From contig CBDBCZ010000019.1 of the NCBI GenBank assembly GCA_965203295.1, positions 2,304,001 to 2,368,000 on the forward strand: a DNA stretch of 64,000 nt. Direction: 5' to 3'. The stretch is from Nitrospirales bacterium (lineage in GTDB: Bacteria; Nitrospirota; Nitrospiria; Nitrospirales; UBA8639). Positions 1-9,962 of the stretch are shown in pieces. The notes beneath the pieces were generated by a model, which worked only from the letters and a program-made list of their open reading frames with translations, did not search any database and was not told where the DNA came from. The position numbers and the translations under genes are program-made. Position 1 is the stretch's first letter. Every line of letters starts with the position of its first letter.

Positions 1-327
1 GGTCGCCTCACCAAACCTCGCTAATAGAGGGCCAAGCACCAAAATCGATGCTCTCATGGTCTTGACCAAATCATAGGGGGCTTCGGTAGAAGACACAGAG
101 GCAGCCGTGACTTCCATTTGGTCCCGATCCATTTTGACCGACATGCCCAACATACTCAGGAGGTTCACCATCGTGACAACATCTCGTACCTGTGGAAGAT
201 TCGTGATGAGACATTCACCTTCACAAAGGAGTGTAGAAGCCATAATGGGAAGAGCGGCATTTTTGGCTCCAGCTGCCACGACACGCCCCTGAAGAGGGCG
301 GCCACCAGTGATAATTATTCGATCCAT
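1..327 (-). CDS. murA: UDP-N-acetylglucosamine 1-carboxyvinyltransferase, 5' part (runs off window edge)
   Basis: Manual translation from ATG at 327: MDRIIITGGRPLQGRVVAAGAKNAALPIMAS...APYDLVKTMRASILVLGPLLARFG; not in ORF track. Confidence 0.95.
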   Translation of the reverse strand, partial: MDRIIITGGRPLQGRVVAAGAKNAALPIMASTLLCEGECLITNLPQVRDVVTMVNLLSMLGMSVKMDRDQMEVTAASVSSTEAPYDLVKTMRASILVLGPLLARFGEAT

Positions 328-348
328 AGTCTTTATGAAAAGGCGAGG

Positions 349-1239
349 TCAGCTCGTTCGTTCAAATCGAAGAACACGTTCAATGTGAGCCGCATCACAG
401 CGGATATTCTTAAGAGTGTAGCCTCCAGTTTCTTGTGCCAACTTCACCACGTTCTTCATTTGGCCTAACCTTGTTTCCAAAACGAGAAAACCGCCATGAC
501 AGAGGAAGCTCCACGCTTGGTGGAGGATCCGTCGATAAAACACCATCCCATCCGTTCCTCCATCTAACGCTGAGTGGGGTTCGAAATCTCTCACATCCAA
601 GGGTAGCCTGGGCAACTCCGAAGAACGGATATAAGGAGGATTCGAAACGATCCCCGTCAGACGCCCTTCCAAACCCTCAGATTTCAATGGATCAAAGAGG
701 TTACCTAACAGGAATTTTGTGCGATGGTCAACACCATGATCCATGGCATTTCCTAACGCCGTTTTAAGAGCCTTTGGTTCCTGATCAGTCGCAAAAATCC
801 TCGATGTCGGAAATTTCACAGCCAACACAATCGCCAAACAGCCAGACCCTGTTCCAATATCCGCTATAATAGGGTTAGAAGAAGCCAAGGGATGGGCTAA
901 CACTTCCTCTATAATCAACTCGGTCTCAGGTCGTGGGATCAATACATCCGGAGAGACACGCATGTGAAGACCACAGAATTCCTGCGATCCCAAAATATAT
1001 TGAAGGGGTTCACCTTTAGCCCTCCGACCAAAAAACCTCTTCGCTTCCTTCGCCGCATCAAAAGAAACCGTTAATGTCGGTTCTTTTAAAATGGCTAATC
1101 GAGTCAATCCCACAGCGGATTCAAGAAGCCATATCACCTCATGAGCGGCATTTTTGATTCCGGATGAGGATAAGACTTCCAACCCCTCTCGATAGAGAGA
1201 TGAGACCGTCATTTGAGGTCCATGGTGGAATTGAGCCAC
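349..1239 (-). CDS. prmC: Release factor glutamine methyltransferase
   Basis: GEPLQYILG, LIPRPETE, DIGTGSG, SNPPY motifs; follows prfA. Confidence 0.96.
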   Translation of the reverse strand: MAQFHHGPQMTVSSLYREGLEVLSSSGIKNAAHEVIWLLESAVGLTRLAILKEPTLTVSFDAAKEAKRFFGRRAKGEPLQYILGSQEFCGLHMRVSPDVLIPRPETELIIEEVLAHPLASSNPIIADIGTGSGCLAIVLAVKFPTSRIFATDQEPKALKTALGNAMDHGVDHRTKFLLGNLFDPLKSEGLEGRLTGIVSNPPYIRSSELPRLPLDVRDFEPHSALDGGTDGMVFYRRILHQAWSFLCHGGFLVLETRLGQMKNVVKLAQETGGYTLKNIRCDAAHIERVLRFERTS

Positions 1240-1280
1240 ACCCTGATGGCTTGGAGGACTCGTCTCATTGATTTTTCCTC

Positions 1281-2402
1281 TTAGGCGGGGGACACCGAAT
1301 CCGTTCGCAAGGCCTCTGAGTCAGCTGAAACTTTTAATGCCTCCACAATGGCATCAAGGTCCCCGTCTAGCACGTACTCCAACTTATGAAGGGTTAACCC
1401 AATACGATGGTCGGTCACTCGATTTTGAAGGTAATTGTACGTGCGAATTTTTTCACTCCGCTCGCCGGTTCCGACTTGTGCCCGCCGATTTTCAGCAATG
1501 GAGGCTTCCTGTTTAGCCTTCTCAGCATCGGCAATCCTGGACCGGAGGGTACGCATAGCTTTGTTCCGGTTCTTTAATTGCGAACGTTCATCTTGGCACG
1601 TGACCACAACTCCGGTTGGAATATGGGTGATACGAACCGCAGAGTAAGTGGTATTGACACTTTGGCCACCCGCACCGGATGAACAAAAGGTATCAATGCG
1701 AAGATCTTTGGGATCTATGTGGACGTCGACTTCCTCGACTTCCGGCATGACGGCCACCGTGGCAGTGGACGTATGGATTCTTCCGCTTGCTTCGGTGGTC
1801 GGGACCCGTTGCACCCGATGGACTCCACTCTCATAACGAAAGTAGCCATAGGCGCCTTTCCCTTCGAAAAGCATCACCGCTTCTTTTAAGCCTCCGATTT
1901 CTGTCTCATGCGAGTCGACAAGCTCGATTCGTAAGCCTTTCTTTTCCGCAAATTTCATGTACATTCGAAATAGTTCAGCGGCAAAGAGAGCAGCCTCTTC
2001 CCCTCCCGTACCAGCCCTAATTTCCAGAAAGGTATTCTTTTCATCATCAGCGTTTTTAGGATGTAAGAGCTCTAGGGCGTTCCGCTCCGTTTCCTCACGC
2101 TGTCGAGAGAGGGTCTGTAAATCTTGCTCCCCTATGACTCTGAGTTCGGGATCAAGTTTGGAATCATCCAGCAACCGTTCGGTTTCGGATATTTCTTGAA
2201 GAATTTTTTGATAGGAAAAGAAAAGGTGGGAAATTTCTTCGATGTCTGCCCGCTCTTTGTTCAAGGAACAAAGAAGAGTTGGTTGCTTCAGGACGGAAGG
2301 TTCAGTGAGTTGTTGAGTCAAACTTTCAAAGCGATTGGCCACAGACTCCCACTGGGCAAGCCACGCGCCTTCTCTTGTTTCGTCTTTGTTTTCTCCAGCC
2401 AT
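1281..2402 (-). CDS. prfA: Peptide chain release factor 1
   Basis: GAGGQSVN, HRVQRVPTTE (PxT), EIRAGTGGEEA. Confidence 0.97.
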   Translation of the reverse strand: MAGENKDETREGAWLAQWESVANRFESLTQQLTEPSVLKQPTLLCSLNKERADIEEISHLFFSYQKILQEISETERLLDDSKLDPELRVIGEQDLQTLSRQREETERNALELLHPKNADDEKNTFLEIRAGTGGEEAALFAAELFRMYMKFAEKKGLRIELVDSHETEIGGLKEAVMLFEGKGAYGYFRYESGVHRVQRVPTTEASGRIHTSTATVAVMPEVEEVDVHIDPKDLRIDTFCSSGAGGQSVNTTYSAVRITHIPTGVVVTCQDERSQLKNRNKAMRTLRSRIADAEKAKQEASIAENRRAQVGTGERSEKIRTYNYLQNRVTDHRIGLTLHKLEYVLDGDLDAIVEALKVSADSEALRTDSVSPA

Positions 2403-2476
2403 GGGGTATGATCGTATCCATCATTCTATGAAACCAACATGTGCGTTACGCGATGAGCAAGTACAGGCATAGATGC

Positions 2477-2686
2477 TTAGGCCTTGGACTTCTTTGCATA
2501 CTTTTTCTTGAACCGTTCCACTCGGCCTTCCGTGTCAACAATTTTTTGGGTCCCGGTAAAGAAGGGGTGACAACGAGAACAAATGTCGACTTTTAGATCC
2601 CCTACGGTCGAACGGGTTTGAAATTTGGCCCCACACGCACAACTCAACGTCGCTTCAGAATAATTTGGATGAATTCCACTTTTCAT
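2477..2686 (-). CDS. rpmE: 50S ribosomal protein L31 (Zn-binding type)
   Basis: [29 protein letters not shown]. Confidence 0.97.
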   Translation of the reverse strand: MKSGIHPNYSEATLSCACGAKFQTRSTVGDLKVDICSRCHPFFTGTQKIVDTEGRVERFKKKYAKKSKA

Positions 2687-2802
2687 CGCACTATTTCCTT
2701 CCCATCATCGACAAAGTTTTACAGAACCGTAAAGCCAACATCGTTATATATACCACGAGAGAGGATCTGATGGCAAAATCCTCTTCTCACCTAGAATCGA
2801 CG

Positions 2803-4053
2803 TTATCGATTCATCGATTGCAGAAAATCCTGATTTGTCTTGGTTCCATTCATTTTATCCATCAGAAACTCCATGGCTTCCATGGACCCCAATGGACTAA
2901 GAACCTTCCGAAGTATCCACATCTTGTTAAGCCGATCACGGTCGACGAGTAACTCTTCCTTTCTTGTACCGGACTGACTGATGTCAATGGCAGGGAAAAT
3001 CCGTTTATCAGCCAACTTCCGATCCAAATGGACCTCCATATTGCCAGTCCCCTTAAACTCTTCGAAGATGACATCATCCATCCGGCTACCCGTATCAACC
3101 AAGGCTGTTGCCAGAATCGTCAAACTGCTGCCATTCTCAATGTTTCGCGCGGCCCCGAAAAACCGTTTGGGACGCTGGAGCGCATTGGAATCTAGTCCGC
3201 CTGAGAGGACCTTGCCGCTGGGCGGGGCAATCGTGTTGTAGGCCCGAGCCAACCGAGTGATACTATCCAAAAGCACAACCACATCCCGTTTATGCTCAAC
3301 CAACCGTTTGGCTTTTTCCATGACAATCTCGGCCACTTGGGCATGTCTTTGTGGGGGCTCATCAAAAGTCGAACTGACGACTTCGGCGGCTTTGGCCTGC
3401 CGTTGCCAATCCGTCACCTCTTCCGGTCGTTCATCGATCAGCAGGACAATCAAGACAATATCCTTATGGTTATGAAGAATGGCCCTTGCAATGGCCTGAA
3501 GTAGCATAGTTTTCCCTGTCCGAGGGGCTGCCACGATTAATCCCCGCTGGCCCTTGCCAATAGGAGTAATTAATTCCATCACCCGAGTGCAATATTCCTC
3601 TTGGTCAAATTCCAGAGAAATCCGTTCCTCCGGATACAAGGGCGTCAGATTGTCAAAGAGAATTTTCTCTCTCTGGACATCAGGCTCGTCATAATTGATT
3701 TTCTCTACTTTCAGAAGAGCAAAATACCGCTCACCTTCCTTAGGTGGTCGAATTTGCCCAGAAACAATATCCCCGGTTCGAAGGCCGAATCGACGAATTT
3801 GTGAGGGAGAAATATAAATGTCGTCTGGGCCAGGCAGGTAGTTGGAATCCGGAGCGCGGAGAAATCCAAACCCATCGGAAAGTGTTTCTAAAACTCCTTC
3901 CCCAAAGATGACCCCATTTTTTTCTGTTTGCCCTTGAAGGATGGCAAAGATAAGTTCTTGCTTTCGAAAATTTGCCGCTCCATCGATTTTCAAGGAACGA
4001 GCCAGATCGGCGAGGTCGCCAATGGTCTTCTGCTTTAACTCAGCCAGATGCAT
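2803..4053 (-). CDS. rho: Transcription termination factor Rho
   Basis: [44 protein letters not shown]; start moved to ATG 4053 after CAGGAG RBS. Confidence 0.97.
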   Translation of the reverse strand: MHLAELKQKTIGDLADLARSLKIDGAANFRKQELIFAILQGQTEKNGVIFGEGVLETLSDGFGFLRAPDSNYLPGPDDIYISPSQIRRFGLRTGDIVSGQIRPPKEGERYFALLKVEKINYDEPDVQREKILFDNLTPLYPEERISLEFDQEEYCTRVMELITPIGKGQRGLIVAAPRTGKTMLLQAIARAILHNHKDIVLIVLLIDERPEEVTDWQRQAKAAEVVSSTFDEPPQRHAQVAEIVMEKAKRLVEHKRDVVVLLDSITRLARAYNTIAPPSGKVLSGGLDSNALQRPKRFFGAARNIENGSSLTILATALVDTGSRMDDVIFEEFKGTGNMEVHLDRKLADKRIFPAIDISQSGTRKEELLVDRDRLNKMWILRKVLSPLGSMEAMEFLMDKMNGTKTNQDFLQSMNR

Positions 4054-4624
4054 AGGATTCTCCTGGAAAAGATAATAAAAATGATGCTTTGTCACTCAAG
4101 AGTTGGTCACAATGCGGTCAATGACCTCAATTTGCAACCCAGGGGCAACTACCAAGGTTTTGATAAGGGGGTAGGAAAGGGATAGTCCGTCATGGTTGTG
4201 GGACCAACGCCTTTACTTCTCCTTTCCATGAATCTACGTGCACCAGTCTCAAATACCCCAAAAGCCTAAGAGCACGTTGTTTAGTTAATTAATGAGAAAG
4301 AATAGATTCGTTACTAAGATTTGGCTTGATTTAGCAGATCCAGGAAGCCTTACAGGGGAATGTGGATTCCTCTTATTCCGGAATATTTTGTTCATTTTTA
4401 TACTAAGTCTATCATGTTGTCAATAGCTCTTTCGACACCTAATTTACGAAATCTTTGAAAGACATTCTAGAATATTGTTGGCCAGTTTCAGAAATATCTT
4501 ATTTCAAACAGGTGTCATTCGGCAACGACTTTTCGTTAAAAGGTTCCTGTTGCTTGACTGTCCGAACTCCGCATATGAATTCAGATCACTAGCGATTGCA
4601 CCCTTTACTAGGTTATGGTAAATC

Positions 4625-4645
4625 CTAGCAGGTTGCTGAAAACTC
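4625..4645 (+). repeat. Isolated terminal-repeat remnant of the CTAG-flanked element family
   Basis: CTAGCAGGTTGCTGAAAACTC resembles CTAGCAGGCTGTTGAAAAACTC at 5585. Confidence 0.55.
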
Positions 4646-4754
4646 GATATAAACCAGAGCTCCACTTTCCATTGAAATGCACAAGGCTCTCAGGAAGCGA
4701 GACATGACAGTCAAAAAAGCCTTTCCGATTTCTTCATTGAGAAGAGGGTAACCC

Positions 4755-5171
4755 ATGGCTCATCCGGAAGAGGAACACCTTCACGAGCGTATCTTCACCC
4801 TCTCAGAAGCCTTGGGACTTCTTCCTGAATTGGAAAAGCATTTGAACATCGTGTGGCATGCTCGAATCGTGATGTCTCATACGAAGGAAGAAATCAAAAA
4901 GGCGAGTGCCAAAGCCGGACTCGGAGGTGGAAGCGCTGCTGGGCCGCGTTACATTCAAGCTCTGGAACAAATTAGTGATAGCCTTCACCGTATTCATGAA
5001 ACGGGAGTTATCGTCAAGGATCTGGACAGAGGACTGTGTGACTTTCCTTATTTGCTAGACGGACGAATCGTCTATTTGTGTTGGAAATTGGGTGAAGAAA
5101 AAATCGAATGGTGGCATGAAATCGATAGTGGATATGCCAGTCGACAGGCCTTGCCGCACGGAGCCATATGA
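4755..5171 (+). CDS. DUF2203 family protein
   Basis: RIFTLSEA...LLP, KDLDRGLCDFP, VYLCWKLGE, WWHEIDSGYASRQ. Confidence 0.85.
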   Translation: MAHPEEEHLHERIFTLSEALGLLPELEKHLNIVWHARIVMSHTKEEIKKASAKAGLGGGSAAGPRYIQALEQISDSLHRIHETGVIVKDLDRGLCDFPYLLDGRIVYLCWKLGEEKIEWWHEIDSGYASRQALPHGAI

Positions 5172-5315
5172 CCAATCCACAATCCGCATCTCTCCGATTC
5201 AAGCCAATACACCCTAACTCGACTAGTCGACTTCTGCTCCCCAATCAATCCAAATTTTTCACGCGATGCTCCCCTACCCCATCGACGTAAGAGAAAGCAG
5301 AACATAGGCTGGCCC

Positions 5316-5588
5316 GTGATGTTATTTGCCATATTAGGATGGGACTCACTGGAGGGGACACAAAAACGTCCTCTTCACAGAGATTCTCATCGGGAACGGC
5401 TTACGGCTTTGGAAAAGGACGGAAAACTCGTGCTCGCAGGACCATTTTCTGATGGAACCGGAAGTCTGATCGTGATAAAGGCAGAATCACTGGCAGAAGC
5501 AGAAGCATTTGCCCAAGAAGATCCCTATGTGACTCATGGAATATTTTCCAAAATTGAAATACATCCCTTTCACCAGGTGTTACCCTAG
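5316..5588 (+). CDS. YciI family protein
   Basis: HRERL, LVLAGPF, GSLIV, EDPYV motifs; 90 aa. Confidence 0.9.
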   Translation: MMLFAILGWDSLEGTQKRPLHRDSHRERLTALEKDGKLVLAGPFSDGTGSLIVIKAESLAEAEAFAQEDPYVTHGIFSKIEIHPFHQVLP

Positions 5589-5856
5589 CAGGCTGTTGAA
5601 AAACTCAAAACTTCTAAAAATCCTGGTGTGTTGAAGAATATCCGATCGTCATCAAAAACGGTGCAGGATGTTCAAAAAGGCCCGCTCGCCTGCGCGAAGC
5701 CGCTTTCAGCCTCCGTAGCTACTTCGGCGAAGGAGACTCGGCGGAGCCAGGTCCAGCAAGGCCGCAGGGCGTTTGGCGCGCGGAGCGTACGTGGAGTACG
5801 TGAGCACGACAAAGGACCGAGAACGCCGCTGGCGGACTTTTTCACCATCCTGCTAG
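5585..5856 (+). mobile_element. Non-autonomous MITE-like palindromic element with nested repeats
   Basis: Imperfect terminal inverted repeats (19/22) with CTAG at both ends; core homologous to 18488-18611. Confidence 0.75.
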
Positions 5857-5954
5857 AGTCTCCTTTGCTTACTCTCAGTTATGTCGATTCGCATTTTTTT
5901 TAAAAACAGCCCAATCTTCTTCCGGACTCCATGCAAAGAGATGACCTTTTTCTT

Positions 5955-6425
5955 TCAGCCAAGTTTTTCCACTAACTCAAGAACAAGTTTCCACTCATGA
6001 GGACGAACCGGCTGTACTGATAATCGTGAGCCCTTTCGCAACAGCTCCATCTCATCCAATCCTTTTACTTTTCTTAAACGGTCGAGGGGTAACGAAGGGG
6101 AAATTTTCCTGATAAATCGGACGTCGACCATGACCCACCTCGGATCATCCCGACGACTCTTGTGGTCAAAATACCGGCTCTTCGAATCAAAAGCGAAGTG
6201 ATCTGGGTACGCTGGCTTGACGACCTCCACAATGCCCACAATGGCAGGAGGATCCGCATTACTGTGATAGAAAAACGCGTGGTCACCCACTGTCATGGCT
6301 TGCAAAAAGTTTCGAGCTTGGTAATTTCGTGCTCCCTCCCAACAAGTTGTCTGTCTGGGCGATTGTTTTAAATCATCAATAGAAAAGGTCGTGGGTTCTG
6401 ATTTGAGCAACCAATAGTGGGCCAC
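5955..6425 (-). CDS. EVE domain protein
   Basis: YWLLKSEP, WEGARNYQARNF, FFYHSN, PRWVMVDV, SRLSVQPV; GTG start at 6425 after GGAGG. Confidence 0.93.
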   Translation of the reverse strand: MAHYWLLKSEPTTFSIDDLKQSPRQTTCWEGARNYQARNFLQAMTVGDHAFFYHSNADPPAIVGIVEVVKPAYPDHFAFDSKSRYFDHKSRRDDPRWVMVDVRFIRKISPSLPLDRLRKVKGLDEMELLRKGSRLSVQPVRPHEWKLVLELVEKLG

Positions 6426-6648
6426 AGTTTGTCCTCCCTTCATCGCTACAACGATGATCGTTGGATGAAGTTTTATTTTTTCCATTCTAATCTCTGAGCT
6501 TAACCCTTCTCTTCACGAGGCATCAATGGTTGGAGGAAAAGAACAAAAATAGGATAAGATAATCTGTAAAGACTTGGATGTGATCTTTCAGGAAGTATCT
6601 GGTGAAGTTCGAAAAGCGAGAGGGGTGTGGCTCGTGGATCATTCCCCC

Positions 6649-6685
6649 GTCGTCCCAGAAATTTTTTAGCGGGGATCCATCTTTC
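6649..6685. repeat. REP-like palindrome
   Basis: GTCGTCCCAGAAATTTTTTAGCGGGGATCCATCTTTC; last 17 nt are the exact reverse complement of 13778-13794. Confidence 0.55.
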
Positions 6686-6759
6686 ATGATAATCCTGGTT
6701 GCCCGCTGACGACTGAGGTCCCCTGCGTGTTGCAGAAATTCCCAACGTCACCTGACAAT

Positions 6760-6791
6760 ATCTGTCAACTGAAATTCAAGTTTTGACAGAT
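6760..6791. promoter_or_regulatory. 9-14-9 inverted repeat containing back-to-back TTGACA hexamers
   Basis: ATCTGTCAA-N14-TTGACAGAT between divergent genes. Confidence 0.5.
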
Positions 6792-6856
6792 GATATCCGA
6801 AGACATCAAATCACATCATTGACCACTCTTGAAGGGATAAACCACAATAGGAAAAC

Positions 6857-7306
6857 ATGAATGTCACAAGTTTCATGGACACGTGTCCATCTTTGGTCGC
6901 GGACTACATTTCATGTGAGATACTCATTTGGCTCACGGTTTTTTCTATCGTAGCCTTCATTGGAACCCTTCTTACCATTCCGGCAATTCTTATTCGATTG
7001 CCTGCAGATTACTTTGATGGACAGCGCGCGCGGGAATGGATGAAACATCACCATCCTATACTTCGAGGAATGGGCTTGGCTCTCAAGAATGGGCTAGGTA
7101 TCATTTTTCTGCTGGCCGGTTTCGCCATGCTGTTCCTACCAGGCCAAGGGGTGTTAACGATGGTCATAGGGGTCTCTCTTCTGGACTTCCCAGGAAAACG
7201 GAAGCTTGAAAGGAAGCTTATCAGTCAACCCACTATCTTCCAAGCCGTTAACGCATTGCGACATAAATTTGGGAAACCACCTTTTGTTCTATCGCACAAT
7301 ATGTAA
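6857..7306 (+). CDS. PGPGW-type small membrane protein
   Basis: Hydrophobic helices, RLPADYF, AMLFLPGQGVLT, LLDFPGKRKLE. Confidence 0.75.
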   Translation: MNVTSFMDTCPSLVADYISCEILIWLTVFSIVAFIGTLLTIPAILIRLPADYFDGQRAREWMKHHHPILRGMGLALKNGLGIIFLLAGFAMLFLPGQGVLTMVIGVSLLDFPGKRKLERKLISQPTIFQAVNALRHKFGKPPFVLSHNM

Positions 7307-7325
7307 ATCAATAGCATAAACGCCT

Positions 7326-9279
7326 ATGAGTAGGACCATCATCGTATGCTGGGGTTTGGTTTCAGTTCTCTGTGCTGTAGCCTTTGCCATTGTCACGGGA
7401 ATTGTTCGTCCCGAGGAAAAAGTCAATGGGCTGTGGCTCGTGGTCGCAGCAGGGTGTTTTTATGTCCTCGCTTATCGATTTTATGGACGGTTTTTAGCCT
7501 CACGAGTGATGAACCTCGATGACAACTGTCGCACCCCTGCCTATCGTCTACAGGATGAAATCAATTATTATCCAGCCAATAAATATATTTTATTCGGACA
7601 CCATTTTGCCGCCATCGCTGGGGCTGGTCCTCTCTTGGGTCCTGTTCTTGCCGCCCAGTTTGGATTCCTTCCATGATTTTTGTGGATTGTCATTGGTGCC
7701 GTTTTGGCGGGTGCAGTTCAAGATTTCATCATATTAGTGGGCTCGCTAAGGTGAAATGGCCAATCCCTTCCTGAAATCGCCCGTGCCGAAATTGGTTGGA
7801 TGACCGGAATGGCGACAGCCATCGCCGTCTTATTTATCGTCATCGTAGCCCTCGCAGGCCTAGGATTGGCGGTCGTCAATGCTCTGTTCGACAATGCATG
7901 GAGAACCTTTACCATCGCCATGACCATCCCCATTGGGATGGTCATGGGAATCTACCTCCAGAAATTCCGCCCTGGGCATGTCGGCGAAATGTCACTCCTT
8001 GGAGTGATTCTTCTCCTTGTCGCTGTCGTCGCTGGACGATTCGTCACGCAATCAGAGGTCGCTGACTGGTTTGTGTTCGAGCGCCACACACTCGTATGGT
8101 TTCTGGCTGGATATGGGTTTCTGGCTTCGGTTCTCCCTGTTTGGATGCTTCTTGTCCCTCGAGATTACCTTTCCCACCTTTATGAAATTAGGGGTCGTCG
8201 TATTGTTGGCCCTTGGTGTTCTCTTGATGGCTCCCGTTATTGAGATGCCCCGCATCACAAAGTTTATTTATGGAGGAGGGCCAATCATTCCCAGACCCAT
8301 CTTCCCTTTTCTCTTTATCACGATTGCCTGCGGGGCCATTTCCGGTTTTCACTCCTTGGTGTCATCGGGAACCACACCCAAAATGATTGCCCGGGAATCA
8401 CAAGCAATGGTGGGATATGGAGCCATGTTGCTGGAAAGCGCCGTTGGGGTGATCGCCCTTATCGCTGCAGGACTCTTGATTCCAGGGGATTATCTGGCCA
8501 TCAACACCAGATTATCGTTTGATACCCTCGCAGCAATGGGATTTCCAGTGGCCCATATTACCGAGTTGTCGAGACTCGTGGAGGTGGATGTCGCTGGCCG
8601 GCCAGGTGGAGCTGTTTCTTTGGCAGTAGGCATGGCTTCAATTTTTTCAGCCCTCCCGGGAATGGCTGGGTTGATGGCCTATTGGTACCAGTTCGCCTTG
8701 CTATTTGAAGCCTTGTTCATTTTAACGACGATCGATGCGGGTACAAGAGTGGCTCGATACCTAGTCCAAGAATTAGGAGGACAACTGTACACCCCATTGA
8801 AACAGATCAATTGGTGGCCAGGTGTCGGTCTATCCAGCGGATTGGTCGTTGCAGCATGGGGTTACTTGATTGCCACAGGCACTATCTCCACCATCTGGCC
8901 GATGTTCGGAACAGCCAACCAACTATTAAGGACTCTCGCTCTCTGTATTGGCACAACCCTGTTGATCAAAATGGGGAAGGGTCAATACATTTGGGTCACC
9001 GCATTGCCCATGATCTTTGTGGGAGTCATCACGCTCACGGGCTGTTATGAACTATGGGGATTGTTTCTCCATCGCGCAAGTAGCGCCACGGATTCACTCC
9101 AAGTGACGACGATGTATGTCAACGCCGGATTGGTGGGCCTTGTTGGCATTCTTGCGCTGATTGTCATGGGAGAGAGTAGCATGCGATGGTATGGCTATCT
9201 TGTTCAAAAACGGCCTTATACGAGTACAGAAATCATAGAAGGCGATGGAATCCAACTACCTTCCGGCCCTTGCTGTTGA
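7326..9279 (+). pseudogene. cstA: Carbon starvation protein A (peptide/pyruvate transporter), disrupted
   Basis: GHHFAAIAGAGPLLGP, PRDYLS, IACGAISGFHSL, TTIDAGTRVARY; in-frame TGA at 7674 and 7752, +1 C at 8173-8175. Confidence 0.92.
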
Positions 9280-9287
9280 ATAGACTA

Positions 9288-9342
9288 AAGTCCTGAGTCA
9301 AAGAATTTGGACCCGAGACATTGGACTCAAGACCCTAGACTT
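9288..9342. repeat. Inverted heptamer-repeat array (AGTCCTG/GACTCAA type)
   Basis: AAGTCCTGAGTC ... GACCCGA GACATTG GACTCAA GACCCTA GACTT; similar array at 22614. Confidence 0.6.
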
Positions 9343-9416
9343 AAAAATTCCTGTATTCATGATGTCTTACTTACAAACTGATTAAACGCACGCTAAATTG
9401 GAGAGGGAGTAAAAAT

Positions 9417-9914
9417 ATGGCTGAGCAAAGTTCTTTTGATGTCGTTTCCACGGTGGAAATGCAGGAGGTTAAAAACGCTATCGATCAAACCATGAAAGAA
9501 ATCGGACAACGTTTTGATTTTAAGGGATCAAAGTCTGAACTGACCCTCAAGGAAAAAGAGAAAACCATCGAGGTTCTTGCTGATGACGAGTACAAACTTA
9601 AAGCCGTCTTGAATATCCTGAAAGGGAAATGCGTGAAGCGGAATGTTTCACTCAAGGCCCTCAATTATGGGAAAGTTGAACAAGCCCTGGGAGGGACCGT
9701 CCGCCAAAACATCACGATTCAGAGTGGAATCCCCGATGACAAGGCAAAAGCAATCACAAAAACCATCAAAGAGAGCAAGCTGAAGGTTCAAGCCCAAATT
9801 CAAGGGGATCAGGTTCGCGTGCAAAGTAAGAGTAAAGATGATCTCCAGGCTGTGATTGCCCTCTTAAAAGAACAAGATTTCGGAATCGACCTTCAATACG
9901 TGAACTATCGATAA
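9417..9914 (+). CDS. yajQ: YajQ family nucleotide/c-di-GMP-binding protein
   Basis: [35 protein letters not shown]. Confidence 0.95.
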   Translation: MAEQSSFDVVSTVEMQEVKNAIDQTMKEIGQRFDFKGSKSELTLKEKEKTIEVLADDEYKLKAVLNILKGKCVKRNVSLKALNYGKVEQALGGTVRQNITIQSGIPDDKAKAITKTIKESKLKVQAQIQGDQVRVQSKSKDDLQAVIALLKEQDFGIDLQYVNYR

Positions 9915-9937
9915 GATGGATACGGTGAAGAGAGCTC

Positions 9938-9958
9938 AAAGTTTCGGGTTTAAAGTTT
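9938..9958. repeat. Short heptamer array (AAGTTTC/GGGTTTA type)
   Basis: AAAGTTTCGGGTTTAAAGTTT; related to 20383-20410 and 13903-13938. Confidence 0.5.
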
Positions 9959-9962
9959 ACAG

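Noticed and set aside
5628..5903. 91-aa ORF (and similar ORFs at 18456-18656 and 11356-11679)
   Set aside because: They run through GC-rich palindromic repeats and lack an RBS or recognisable protein features
6694..6756. Possible riboswitch upstream of the EVE gene
   Set aside because: GC-rich but I could not fit it to ZTP, SAH, c-di-GMP or guanidine consensus; needs an Rfam scan
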